Shown one piece after another: positions 39,430-52,159 of a stretch of 64,000 nucleotides of DNA (the stretch's first letter is position 1; every line of letters starts with the position of its first letter). The notes beneath the pieces were generated by a model. That model worked only from the letters and a program-made list of their open reading frames with translations, ran no database searches and was not told the DNA's origin. The stretch comes from Squalus acanthias (lineage: Eukaryota), in contig JASTWF010000048.1 of NCBI GenBank assembly GCA_030390025.1, positions 1,426,001 to 1,490,000 of the forward strand, read 5' to 3'. A program made the position numbers and the translations under genes.

Positions 39430-39822
39430 CTCACTGGTTGCACAGTAATACACGGCTGTATCCGCAGCCTTCACCTTGAAGATCTTCAGGGTGCACTTTG
39501 ACTGCTCGGGCCTTACAATCTCGACCTCCTTCTCAAAGTTTTCTTCCAAAGTGGCTGGTATTCCATTAATAGAATAGCCTATAAGGTTGAGGCTCTGACC
39601 GGCGTACTGCCGATACCACAGCATGACGCTCTTGCTGCTGTCGTTCTGGTAACAGTTTAATTCCGCTGGTTCACCTTTATTCACTGTTACTGCACTTGGC
39701 CATTGGTGTATCACCTCTGCTAATGTTTTACCTTACAAAAAAAGGAGAACGTTTACATAGTTCAGTGCATCATGTAACATACGATAAATAGATAGATCGA
39801 TCGATCGATCGATCGATCGATC

Positions 39823-39878
<56 letters not shown>

Positions 39879-40225
39879 TAGATTTGCCGAGCGATTTCAG
39901 ACAGGCAAATTGACATAGAATTTGGGGAAATTTACCGTTAAAAAGACAATTCTGTAATCGAGTTACGAAAATATAGGTAACAAAGCTATTTAATATTAAA
40001 TTTCATTAAGCCAACATTATTCACAATCATATTCGATTCAGTTATCAAGTTAAAGTACACAGTTTAAGCAACAGTTAATAAGTTATGCTACGGCATGATA
40101 ATACCATTGACAGAACTAGTAGTGAATGAAAACAGAATAATATTTTATCGCCAGTATCGTTATAAACGAGAATACGTACATGGAAACAGCGGCGAGAGGA
40201 TAATGAAGAGAATGTCTAACTGCAT
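39430..40225 (-). CDS. TRBV: TCR beta V segment V9, apparently functional
   Basis: Leader 40180-40225 (MQLDILFIILSPLFP, GTACG donor). V exon 39430-39731 after an AAG acceptor: EVIHQWPSAV...NCYQND...WYRQ...DTAVYYCATSE. Confidence 0.9.
39789..39882. repeat. Compound (GATA)n/(GATC)n microsatellite in the V9 intron
   Basis: Read directly from the sequence. Confidence 0.95.
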
Positions 40226-40292
40226 CCTACAGGCTGGGGGCTGAATTCGCTATTGGACAAATTGCAGGCAGCAGAAGTTAAAACCGACAGCC

Positions 40293-40306
40293 GGAAATGA
40301 CATCAC
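40293..40306 (+). promoter_or_regulatory. ETS-CRE / decamer-like promoter element of V9
   Basis: GGAAATGACATCAC about 70 bp upstream of the ATG. Confidence 0.7.
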
Positions 40307-41574
40307 GAGAAGTAGTGTTCAATTCTGTACCGGCACTTCTTGTATGACATAATATTCAGACGACCTGGTCGAAACCAAAATGAGACAGGAACAATTCCGG
40401 TCCCTGCCGTGTGTCATTGTATGTGTCTGACTGGTGGTGGATGGGGCGTGTTGGGCAACTGGCTCAGTTGGTTAGACGATTGGTTCGATTTAAGGTCGAG
40501 GTCGAGCGATCTGTCCTGCTAGGGATCTCTTTCACGATTTATAGGATGCAAGAAGAGGGCCGAGTAAATGTGATGCGAACCATTTTTTGAAGTGGCGGGT
40601 TAATTAATTTGGTGGCTCGTTGGAACGGCCCGTTTCCCTGGTGCAATCTCTATGCATGAATTGAAGTGGTTTGGTCCAGTGGGACTTGTTCTGTGGGCGG
40701 CCCCGAGCTTTAGAAATCAGTGTCTAATCTTTAATAACCCAACACAGCAGCAGATCCCATGGAAACACTATCACCGCCAAGTCCACCTCCAGGTCACACA
40801 CACTCCATCCCAATTTGGACATAAATCGGCCGATCCTTCGGAGTCGCTGGGTCAAATCTTGGAACTCCCTGCCGAACAGCGCTGTGGGGCACCTTCGTCA
40901 CACGGGACTGCAGCAGTTCAAGAGAAGGCCCAACAACACCTTCTCAAGGGGCAACTAGTGATGGGCAACACATTTTGCCAGCGACGACCATATCCCGAGA
41001 AAGAATAAATAGAAAATGATCTTAATTTAGCTCACACTTTCTCATATTTTTTGATACTAGCGCTGTTCTGGACTATAGTCCTTGCTCCTTCAAATAAGTT
41101 TCGCTTACAAACTTGGAGTTTTTATGTTTGATAAAAAGGATTTGAATGCGTCGATAGAGAGAAAGTATTTCCTCAGAAGGGAAAGTCCAAAAAAAGGGAA
41201 AATAGCCCTAAACTTAGAGCTCGACTGTCCAGGGATGATGTCAAGAAGCACTTATTCAGACAAAGGGTAGGTAGTGGAAATCTGAAACGGTCTCCCCCAC
41301 GCAGCTGTTGAGGCTGGGGGTCAATTGAAAATGTCAAAACTGATATCAATAGATTTTCGTTCGGCAAAGTTATTAAGTTTTCTGAAACAAAGCCGAGGAG
41401 TTGCAGTTAAGATACAGATCAGCCATGATGGCGTTGAATGGCGGAACAGGCTCGACGGGCCACTGGTCTGCTCCTATTCCTACGTAACAGGCTCGAGGGG
41501 CTAACTGGCCTACTCCTGCTCCGATATTGTTGTGAGTCTGCAAGTTTCAATGTCGATTTCTTCTTGTTATACAA

Positions 41575-41592
41575 GAGCTCCCCCTAGCGGTG
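41575..41592 (-). promoter_or_regulatory. Candidate CTCF-binding element about 220 bp beyond the V10 RSS
   Basis: Minus strand CACCGCTAGGGGGAGCTC. Confidence 0.55.
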
Positions 41593-41811
41593 TCTGATAG
41601 AAGTAAATTGCATTGAATTGACAGACGTGTTAGTAAAGGCAAACCCGTGTCTCCCAAGTATAATGATATCCTATACCGTCCGTTTTCAGGAATGAATTAA
41701 CTAGTTTAACACAAATGAACATTATCATAGTGGACAGAGCAATTTCGTGCGCTTTAAGCGTGCGAGGGTAGGTCTGGGGTTCCCGGCATCTTCCTGTTCG
41801 TTGTTACCTTG

Positions 41812-41850
41812 AGTTTTTGAACCGGCTCTGCGCTTGTTTGCATCGCTGTG
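41812..41850 (-). other. 23-RSS of V10 (CACAGCG-23-TCAAAAACT)
   Basis: agtttttga at 41812-41820 and cgctgtg at 41844-41850. Confidence 0.93.
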
Positions 41851-42769
41851 CTGTTTAGTAGCGCAGTAGTAGGCCGCCGTGTCAGTCGTCTCAGCGCCCA
41901 GTATTTTCAGGCTGCAGGACTTAGGATCGGGTCTCTTTACTTCAAACCTTTCCTTGAATCCATCCTCGTGTGTTGGCTCACTGCCGGATACCGAGGTCAC
42001 GACGAGCTGTAACCCTGCCCCGCTGCACTGCCGGTACCAGTACATGTATGAATTGCTGGTGTCGTTCTGGTAACAGTGCATTTCCACCTCTTGACCCTTT
42101 CCAACGGACAACCATCTCCCCCACTGGTGGACGATGGAACATCTAGATGGGGCTGAAGAACAACAATGAAAGGGGATAGAAAAAAGCGGCCAAGTTGAAA
42201 TCAGAAATGTGGGACAAGTGTTTCCTCAAATCCGAGAAAAGCTGCCTGAACGATGGGTTTTGGGTAAATACATGGCGCGATGTAGCACCGACTGATTCTG
42301 ACCAGGAAAACTCCAGGATCAAATTCGGCCTGTCCTGGGCCAATATTTATCCCTAAACCACTATCACTGAACAAAAACAGATGATCTGGTCTTTATCATA
42401 TTGCTGTTTGTGTGAGCTTGCTGTGCGCAAATTGGCTGGCCGCTTTTCCTATATTATACCAGTGACAACTCTTTAAAAGTTGTAAAGCACTTAGGAACAT
42501 ACTGAGCTCGTGAAGGGCGCTATAGAATTGCAAGTTACATGTTTCCTTTTTTCCGGTCGGTCCTGAGTTAGAGGTGGTACTGGGGCGTGATGCTTCCTGT
42601 TATTATTAGAATGCGGACTGCAATCAAACTGAAGCAGAGCAACCGCCTTAGGAACAGCCACAATTTGAGATATCACAATTAAGTTGACAACTGTAAGTAC
42701 TCCGCCACAGAGAATATACTTACTTAAGAGAAGCAGTGCCAGGGAACACAACAAAGAGGTGGAGGTCAT
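41851..42769 (-). CDS. TRBV: TCR beta V segment V10, apparently functional
   Basis: Leader 42724-42769 (MTSTSLLCSLALLLL, GTAAGT donor). V exon 41851-42152: SIVHQWGRWLSVG...MHCYQND...WYRQ...DTAAYYCATKQ. Confidence 0.9.
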
Positions 42770-42867
42770 GCTGTCAGGCGTTCAGCAGATGATCTGTTCT
42801 CGTATTCACTCCCCTAGCATCTAACCCAAGCTGCTACTTCCGCTCCGTTTCTTTTGTCTGGCAATCA

Positions 42868-42879
42868 GGAACTGACATC
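42868..42879 (+). promoter_or_regulatory. ETS-CRE-like element of V10
   Basis: GGAACTGACATC about 100 bp upstream of the ATG; ACTTCCG also at about 42836. Confidence 0.5.
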
Positions 42880-43874
42880 CCCGTCTAGCGGAAGGAGCTA
42901 TATTTGTCCTTGTATGACTTTTGCGGCTCGGTGCGGCAACTATAGAAAACAGAAGGCACATAAGATTTAATTATTTCTCTCTCAGCCGCGGTACACTTTA
43001 TAAATCTATGAATTAGTTTCATTTCCTATGTTTCATACCGACGATTGCGTTCAAAAAACAAAACAGTAAAAATACAACTAAGATAAAATTGATATTATTT
43101 TAATTATATTAATGTATATATCAAATACGCTTGCTGACATGTTGAGTGTTTTGTTTTTACAACGACGATTTGCTACTGTGCAAAGAATTACATAGTAGTT
43201 GTGAATGGGACACAAAATCAAGCCTTTCGGCACAGCAGGTCCTTACCGGTGTGTATGCTCCACACGAATCTCCTCCCACCCCACCTCATCTCACCCAATC
43301 AATATATCCTTCTATTCCTTTCTCCCTAAAGTGTTAATCTAGATTTCCGGATAGCTGCACTCGCTCAGTTTTGCTATCATTCCAGTAAATATTTTTTGGA
43401 TATTCTCCAGGGACTCAATGTCATTTTATAATATGGAGACCAGAAATGTGCAGTGTAACTACTTCGCATAATGAGTTCCGCATTCTAAAGACTCTCTGAG
43501 TAAAAAGGTTACTCCTGGATTCCCAGCTGGATTTATTAGCGACTATCTTATATTGATGGATCCTAGTTTCCGAGTCACTACGTCTCCCCACAAGTGGAAC
43601 GCTCTGTTCTACGTCTATCCTCTCAAAACCTTTCATAATCTTAAATTCCTCTATCAGGTCACCCCTCGCCTTCTCCTTTCTGTAGAAAAGAGCCACAGCC
43701 TGTTCAGACTTCCCCGAAAATTAAAAATCTCAGTTTCGGAAGTCATCCTTGAAATTTTTTCTTGCACCTGCTCCCTTTTTATAATATGGAGACCAGAAAT
43801 GTGCACAGTCAACCAAACAATGGCTGTCTTTTATCCAGCATTATCACAGCAGTAATGGACATCAGCCTTTAAAT

Positions 43875-44985
43875 CAGGGAAATATTTGTGCACTGAATAG
43901 TTGCTCTCAGTCACTCTCCGTCAGGGAGATATCTGTACACTGCCTGTTGTCTCTCAGTCCCCTCTCCCTCAGGGAGATATCTGTATACTGAGAGGTGTCA
44001 CTCAATCCCTCTCTCTCAGGGAGATATCTGTACACTGACTGGGGTCTCTCAGTCCCTCTACCTCATGGAGATATCTGTACACTGACTGGTGTCTCTCAGA
44101 CTCTCTCCCTCAAGGAGATATCTGTACACTGACTGGGGTCTCTCAGTCCCTCTACCTCATGTAGATATCTGTACACTGACTGGTGTCTCTCAGTCCCTCT
44201 CCCTCAAGGAGATATCTGTACACTGACTTGGGTATCTCAGTCACTCTACCTCATGGATATATCTGTACACTGACTGGGGTCTCTCAGTCCCTCTACCTCA
44301 TGTAGATATCTGTACACTGACTGGTGTCTCTCAGTCCCTCTCCCTCAAGGAGATATCTGTACACTGACTGGTGTCTCTCAGACTCTCTCCCTCAAGGAGA
44401 TATCTGTACACTGACTGGGGTCTCTCAGTCCCTCTACCTCATGTAGATATCTGTACACTGACTGGGGTCTCTCAGTCCCTCTACCTCATGGAGATATCTG
44501 TACACTGACTGGTGTCTCTCAGACTCTCTCCCTCAAGGAGATATCTGTACACTGACTGGGGTCTCTCAGTCCCTCTACCTCATGTAGATATCTGTACACT
44601 GACTGGTGTCTCTCAGTCCCTCTCCCTCAAGGAGATATCTGTACACTGACTTGGGTATCTCAGTCACTCTACCTCATGGATATATCTGTACACTGACTGG
44701 TGTTTCTCAGTCCCTCTCCCTCAAGGAGATATCTGTACACTGACTGGGGTCTCTCAGTCCCTCTACCTCATGGAGATATCTGTACACTGACTGGTGTCTC
44801 TCATTCGCTCTCGCTGAAGCAATTACCTGTACACTGAGTGGTGTCTCTCAGTCCCTCTCTCTCAGCGAGATATCTGTCCACTGACTGCTGTCTCTCAGTC
44901 CCATTCCCTCAGGGAGATATCTGTAGACTGGTGTCTCTCAGTCGCTCTTGCTGAAGCAATGATCTGTACACTGACTGGTGTCTCT
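43875..44985. repeat. 47-bp minisatellite with alternating A/B variants
   Basis: GAGATATCTGTACACTGACTGG(G/T)GTCTCTCAGTCCCTCT(A/C)CCTCA(T/A)G; period 47. Confidence 0.93.
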
Positions 44986-45484
44986 TTTCTGATAATTAAA
45001 ACCTCTCAATTCTGGTATCATTCATATTAGAAAAATGTTTGCACCTTCTCCATGTACCTCGATGTACTTTTTATAATTTGGAAACCAGAACTGTTCGGGA
45101 TGGCACATGGTGAGGTGCTCTTTTGTCATTTGGAATTCAACAGAAGATGATTTACTGTGAATTGGACTTCTTTGATTGGATCTTAATTGTTCTCCGCATA
45201 TATTACCGATTTAACAGTAAAGATTGTGAGCCGCAATTCTGATGAGCAACCTGCTTCAGTTGCAGAAGCGCTCCCATTGGCCGTGATTGCTTCATCTTGT
45301 TTTCCACNNNNNNNNNNNNNNNNNNNNNNNNNNNNNNNNNNNNNNNNNNNNNNNNNNNNNNNNNNNNNNNNNNNNNNNNNNNNNNNNNNNNNNNNNNNNN
45401 NNNNNNNNNNNNNNNNNNNNNNNNNNNNNNNNNNNNNNNNNNNNNNNNNNNNNNNNNNNNNNNNNNNNNNNNNNNNNNNNNNNC

Positions 45485-48400
45485 TCGTCTTTGAAATAGT
45501 GCCAGGGAAACTTTTACGTTCACATAAGAGGGCAGAAGGGCACTCAGTTTAACGTCTCACCCGAAAGACAGCACTTCCGACAGTGCAGCGCTCCCTCAGT
45601 ACAGCCCCTCCGACACTGCAGAGCTCACTTAGTATTGCCCCTCCGACAGTGCAGCGGTCCCTCAGTACTGCCCGCTCCGACAGTACATCGCTCCCTCGGT
45701 ACTGCCCCTCCGACAGTGAAGCGCTCCCTCAGTACTGCCCCTCCGACAGTGCAGCACACCCTCAGTACTGCCCCTCCAATAGTGTAGCGCTCCCTCAGTA
45801 CTGCCCATGCGCCGTGCAGCGTTCCCTCAGTACTGCCCCACCGACAGTGTAGTACTCCCTCAGTACTGGCCCTCCGACAATGAGCCACTGCCTCAGTACT
45901 GCCCCTCCAAAAGTGCAGTACACCCGCAGTACTGCCCCTCCGACAGTGCGGCACTCACTCAGTACTGCCGCAACGACAGTGCAGCGCTCCCTCATTACTG
46001 CCGCTCCGAATGTGCTACACTTCCTCAGTACCACCACTCCGACAGTGTCGCACACCCTCAGTACTACCCCTCTGACAGAACAGCGCCCCCTCAGTACTGC
46101 GCCTCCGATAGTGCAGCACTTCCTCAGTACTGACCCTTCTACAGTGCATTCACTCCCTCAGTACTGTCCCTCCGAGACTGCAACGCTCTCTCACTACTGC
46201 CCCTCCGACACTGCAGCGGTTTTTCGTACTGCTCCTCCGTCAGTGCAGCGCTACCGCAGTACTGCCCCTATGACAGTGCTGCGCTCCTTCAGTACTTTAT
46301 CTCCCAGAGTACTGATCATCTTCAGTACTGCCCCCTCCGACAGTACAGCACTCCTTCACCACTGCCCCCTCCGACAATACAGCACTCCTTCAGTACTGCC
46401 CCCTCCGACAGCGCACTGCTTCCTCAGTACTGCCACTCAGATAGTGCAGCGCTCCCTTAGAACTGCCCCGACGACAGGGCAGCACTTCCCATACTGCCCC
46501 CGTCAATGCTGCGCACCCTCAGTGCAGCCCCTCCGAAAGTGCAGCTCTGCCTCATTACTGCCCCTCCGACTGTGCTGCGTTCCTTCAGTACTGCCTCTTC
46601 CACAGTACAGCAATTGCTCAGTAGTGCCCCCTCCGACAGTACAGCACTCCCTCAGTACTTCCCCTTCCATAGATACATAGATACATAGAAGATAGGAGCA
46701 GGAGTAGGCCATCCGGCCCTTCTAGCCTGCTCCGCCATTTAATGCGATCATGGCTGATCCTCCAATTCAGTATCCCGTCCCCGCTTTCTCTCCGTAACCC
46801 TTAACCCCTTTTGCCTGTAGAAATATATCTAATTCCCTCTTAAATATATTTAATGAGCTGGCGTACACTGCCCTATGTGGCAATGAGTTCCACAGGTTCA
46901 CCACCCTCTGAGTGAAGAAATTCCCCCTCATTTCTGTCCTAAATGGTTTAGCCCTTATCCTTAAATTATGTCCTCTAGTTCTGTTCTCACCCGCCAAGGG
47001 AAACATTCCTTCTGCATCTAGTCTGTCTAGACCTGTCAGAATTTTATACACTTCTATGAGGTCCCCTCTCAATCTTCTAAACTCCAGTGTGTACATCCCT
47101 AAACTACATAGTCTCTCCTCATAGGTCAATCCCGCCATTCCTGGTATCAGCCTAATGAATCGCCGCTGCACCCCCTCCATGGCAAGAACATCTTTCCTCA
47201 GATGAGGCGACCAAAACTGTACACAGTACTCGAGGTGTGGTTTCACCAGTGCCCTGTACAGCTGCAGCAAGGTATCCCTGTTCCTGTATTCCAACCCTTT
47301 TGCTATGAAGGCCAGCATACCGTTTGCATTCTTGACCGCCTGTTGCACCTGCATGCTCGCCTTCAGTGACTGGTGTACAAGAACACCCAGGTCTCTCTGT
47401 ACTTCCCCCTCTCCCAATTTATTGCCATTTAAATAATAATTTGCCCTCCCGTTCCTGCACCCAAGGAGGATAACTTCGCACTTGTCCACATTATAGTGCA
47501 TCTGCCATTTATCCGCCCAATCACCCAGTCTGTCCAAATCGCTCTGGAGCTTCCTGGTCTCCTCCTCTAAGCCCACCCCCCCCTCCTAGTTTAGTGTCGT
47601 CTGCAAATTTGGAAATGCTGCATCCGACTCCCTGATCCAGGTCATTAATGTAAATTGTGAACAGCTGGGGACCCAGGACAGATCCCTGCGGTACCCCACT
47701 TCTTACTGCCTGCCATTCAGAAAATGAGCCGTTTATTCCAACTCTCTGTTTTCTATCTGACAGCCAGTTCTCTATCCACATCAATACTTTCCCCTTTATC
47801 CCATGAGCTTCAATTTTCCATGCTAATCTTTTATGTGGGACCTTGTCGAAGGCCTTTTAGAAGTCCAGGTACACCACATCTACTGGCTCTCCCCCATCTA
47901 TTTTACCAGTTACTCCCTCAAAAAATTCCAATAGATTAGTCATGCACGATTTACCCTTTGTAAATCCATGTTGACTCTGTCCTATCCTGTCCCCATTTGC
48001 TAAGTGCTCCGCTATTTCATCCTTAATGATGGACTCCAGCATTTTGCCCACAACTGATGTAAGGCTTACAGGTCTGTAATTACCTGCTTTTTCCCTAGCC
48101 CCCTTTTTGAATAGTGGGGTAACGTTAGCTACCCTCCAATCCATGGACACTGTTCCCGTGTCTAATGAATTCTGAAAAATCATACGTAGTGCATCCGCTA
48201 TCTCTAGGGCCACCTCCTTCAGTACCCTAGGATGCATGTTATCAGGCCCTGGGGATTTGTCCGCCTTCAATCCATTTAGCTTCCTTAACACCATATCCTT
48301 AGAGATATTGATTTGCGTCAGTTCCTCCTTTGCCAATGTCCCTATTTTTCCCGATATCCCAGGGAGGTTTTTTGTGTCTTCCTTCGTAAAGACTGACCCA

Positions 48401-48880
48401 AAGTATGCATTTAGTTGGTCTGGCATTTCCTTATTTCCCGTTATATATTCCCCCGTATCTGACTGCAATGGACCAACTTTGGTTTTCACCAGTCTTTTCC
48501 TCTTGATATACTTATAAAAGCTTTTGGAGTTAGTTTTTATATTTTCCGCCAGCTTGCTTTCGTAAGCTATTTCGCCCCTCTTGATTAAGCCCTTTGTCCT
48601 CCTTTGCTCTATCTTAAACTGTTCCCAATCTTCCGCTCTGGCGCTTTTTTTGACTATTTTATACGCCCTATCTTTGGATTTTATGCTGTCTCTAATTTCC
48701 CCTGTTATTCCACACTGCAGCAGTCCCTCAGTAATGCCCCCTCCCACAGTGCGGCACTCCCTCAGTACTGCCCCTCCAACGGTGCAAACTTCTCGCAGTA
48801 TTGGCAAACGGGGAGTGTCAACTGGATGTTGGAGCTGGAGTGGGACTTGAACCCTCGATCTATTGATTCAGTGGCCGAGC
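45485..48880 (-). mobile_element. Deu-domain SINE whose 33-bp array is interrupted by a CR1
   Basis: Array runs about 45575-46665 and resumes at 48713-48800. tRNA-like head at about 48835-48880. Confidence 0.75.
46670..48707 (-). mobile_element. Relatively young 5'-truncated CR1 LINE with a TTCCA target-site duplication
   Basis: Three long RT ORF pieces and a (TATCTATG)n tail. TTCCA occurs at 46665-46669 and 48708-48712. Confidence 0.93.
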
Positions 48881-49314
48881 ATGGTATTCTGATTGGTGAC
48901 TGCAGCTCAGCAAAGAAAACGCATATCCCAACATGCATTCTTTGGCATTTATAAACCTTTGATGATATGCCTAAGAAGATATCTATCCAACCATCTGTAA
49001 ATGAGAACAGATGCACTGTTTACTGGTTCTTTCCCAACTATTATTACGTTCACTAGCAATTCAGGGCGCAAATTGAAGGATGGAAAAAAAGGTCTTTTTT
49101 TTCTTCAAATCTTATCTCGTCTAGTCATGTCGCCAAACGTCTCGTCACGTGACCTCATATTTATGTATCCCACGGCCACTATGGGAAATAGAGCAGGAGA
49201 GATCTCCCAGGACTCCTGGCCAATATTTATCTGTCAACCAACATCACCTGATCATTCATCGCATTGCTGTTTGTTGGAGCTTGCTGTGCGCTGATTGGCG
49301 AACGCCCCATCATA

Positions 49315-50420
49315 AATGATTGCAGCCCGCTCCATCACAGTCTGATTGACAGCCGTGCCTCCTCATAGTCTGAATGACAGACCCGCATTCTCCAAGCCTG
49401 ATTGACAGCTCCGCCTCCTCAGAGTCTGATTGACAGCCCCGCATCCTCAGAGTCTGAATGACAGCCCCGCATCCTCACAGTCTGATTGACAGCCCCGCCT
49501 TCTCACAGTCTGATTGACAGCACCGCCTCCTCACAGTCTGATTGACAGCACCGCCTCCTCAAAGTCTGATTCACAGCCTCGCCTCCTCAAAGTCTGATTG
49601 ACAGCCCCGGCTCCTCATAGTCTGTTTGATAGCCCCGCCCCGTCACAGTCTGCTTGACATACATGCTCCCTCACAATCTGATTGACAGCACTTTACCATC
49701 ATATTATAATTTAAAGCCCCGCCTCCTCAAAGTCTGATTGACATACATGCTCCCACACAATCTGATAGACAGCCCTTTCCCATCATAATATAATTTAAAC
49801 CTCAGCCCTTTCACAGTCTGAGTGACAGCGTCGCCTCCTCAATATTTGTTGGTCAGTCCCAGCTCTTCAAAGTCTGATTGAAGCCCTGGTCTGCATCACA
49901 GTCTGATGGGCAGCCCGTCCCCGCGCCTTTCGAGAATTTCGGACAGCCCCGGGCTCCATTGCAGTATGCTAAACAGCCCCACCCCTCGCATTCTGATTAA
50001 AAGTGCCGCCCCCTCCAATCGATAGCCAGCCATGCCCCGTCATCGTCTGATTGAATGATGCACCCCTCAGTCTGAAGGCAGACCCACATCCTCAGGGAAT
50101 TATTGGAATCCCCGTCCACGCACCACCGTCCCTCAAAGTCTACTTGACAGCTTCGGCTCTCTCACAGTCTAATTGAGAGCGCCTCCCCCGCACAATCTGA
50201 TTGACAACTTTGGCTCTCTCAGTCTGTTTGAGAGCCCCGCCCCCTCACAGTCTGATTGACATCTTCGGCTTTCTCAAAGTCTGATTTACAGTTCCATCCC
50301 ATCAGTGTCCGATCGAGAGGCCCTCCCCCTCGCATTCTGATTGTAGTTCGCACCCTCACTGTCTAATTGACAGCCCCGCGCCCACTCCATCTGATTGAAA
50401 GCCCCGGACTCCCTGACAGG
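49315..50420. repeat. About 28-bp degenerate minisatellite (CAGTCTGATTGACAGCCCCGCCTCCTCA)
   Basis: Direct tandem periodicity. Confidence 0.9.
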
Positions 50421-50464
50421 GTCCGGTGTTTGAGACGAAACGCGATGGTTTCTTCATTGACGGG

Positions 50465-51436
50465 GGATGTTGTCACGGCGCTGGACGGTTGTGAAACGCT
50501 GCGCTCCATCACCAGCCGCACAGAAATACATCGCCGCGTCTGCCGCTTTGACGCCGTCTATCTGCAGCCCGGATTTCCTATTGTCCACACTGCGGGTGAT
50601 GCTAAACCCGGAGTCAAAACCTTCTTCGTAGTTATCTTGGCTCCCCATCAAACTCTACCCGATCAGAGCCAGTCCCACTCCGAGGTACTACCGATACCAG
50701 CGCATGTTAGAGCGGGCGGTTCTGTTCTGGTAATAGTTCAATTCGGCGGCTCCTCTCTCCGTCGGGCCACTGATGCACCACGTCTCCCGAAGAACCGTCT
50801 GCAAAAGAATCGGGTATTAGAAAAACTGGTTAGACCTTGTGAACGCAAGAGCTGAAATCATGTTTGTGAAGAGCTTGTATGATCAGCAAGGATATAAATG
50901 ACCGCCTTCCTTGAAGTTACCCAAAGGAAATCTTTACGGTACAACAGGCCATCCTGAATAAAATACAGAAAATAAAATAACGAAACTTACGTCAAGGACA
51001 ACCATAGTTAGATTGATTCACGCATTAATATGGTATGAATTCATGATTTCCACCACTATCAAAGAAAAAGCTGTCCAATTAGTACCACTCCCCTCCGGTG
51101 GCCCCATAGCCTTAACATTGTTTTTTTTTCAAATATATATCTAATTTCCTTTTGAAAGTTAATATTGAATCTGCTTCAACCAGACTTGCAGGCAATGCAT
51201 TCCGGATCGTAACAACTCGCTGCATAAAACAAAATTCTCCTCATCTCGCCCTCTGTTTCTTATGCCGATTACCATTATCACAGGTTACTATGTTAATCCC
51301 ACGATATGGTTTATTTTAATATATATTTAAACAAGAGGCACTTTGAAGAAACATATCATTCTGCAGTCGTTTCATTAAGTCACCCTGCTTACACTGCACC
51401 AGAAGGACAGAAGTGGGCGAGAGAATCTAATCACAT
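50465..51436 (-). pseudogene. TRBV: TCR beta V pseudogene V11 (V2/V5 family)
   Basis: V exon 50504-50798 has a frameshifting FR1 deletion, first Cys changed to Tyr, and two in-frame TAG codons; it ends AMYFCAAGDG. RSS is CGCAGCG-23-ACAACATCC (decayed). Leader 51393-51436 starts ATG TGA. Confidence 0.9.
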
Positions 51437-52159
51437 ATTAGTGCGAAACATAATTCAGAACCCGCCAGCTTCTGGGTCGCGCATGGAGCTGCGGTGGTCA
51501 TTTAATGTCGCTTCCGGCGACCGGTTGTGACGTCGAAGCAACGTTAATTCTTCCGCTTGCAAAAAAGACGAGGAGGTGAGAGGCGTGGGTACAATCCACC
51601 AACCCTGGCTGAATTTTGACTTCGCATTTTATCTATGTGAGGTGCCAAAGCGAACTAGTTCTTATCCCCCTCCATTCATTGACACACGCTCCCCTCCCTC
51701 CCCTGACGGTGGCCAATTCTTCGGATAAAGTGGGCGGCAGTGCATTGACAGCCCGTTATACGCTCCGCCCAATTTTCCCCTCTATTGACTTTAGTGGCCG
51801 AGCCGAATACCAGAGCTGCATTCAAGGTGAAGCTAGATACGTACATGAGTGGGGAAGGAATAGAAAGATATGCTGCTAGGGTGAGATGGAGTCAGGTGGG
51901 AAAGGCTCGTGTGGCGCATAAACACCGGCACTGACCAGTTGGGCAGGGTGACCTGCTTCTGTGCTGTAAATTATATAAATTCTGTGTAATCTGGAATTTA
52001 ATCTAATGCAGCGGCTTTTTGCCAATTTTAATCCCGTATAAGTGATATTTTACTACCTTAAATGCGTCATATATACACAAGTTGTTGTTGTTGCACTCGG
52101 CAGGGGTTCCAAATCCTAGATTGTATCTAAAGGTTTCGGATGCGTCAGCTACTTTACAA

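Noticed and set aside
31990-44985. Regular repeat arrays as CRISPR
   Set aside because: No unique spacers, no cas genes, and a vertebrate context.
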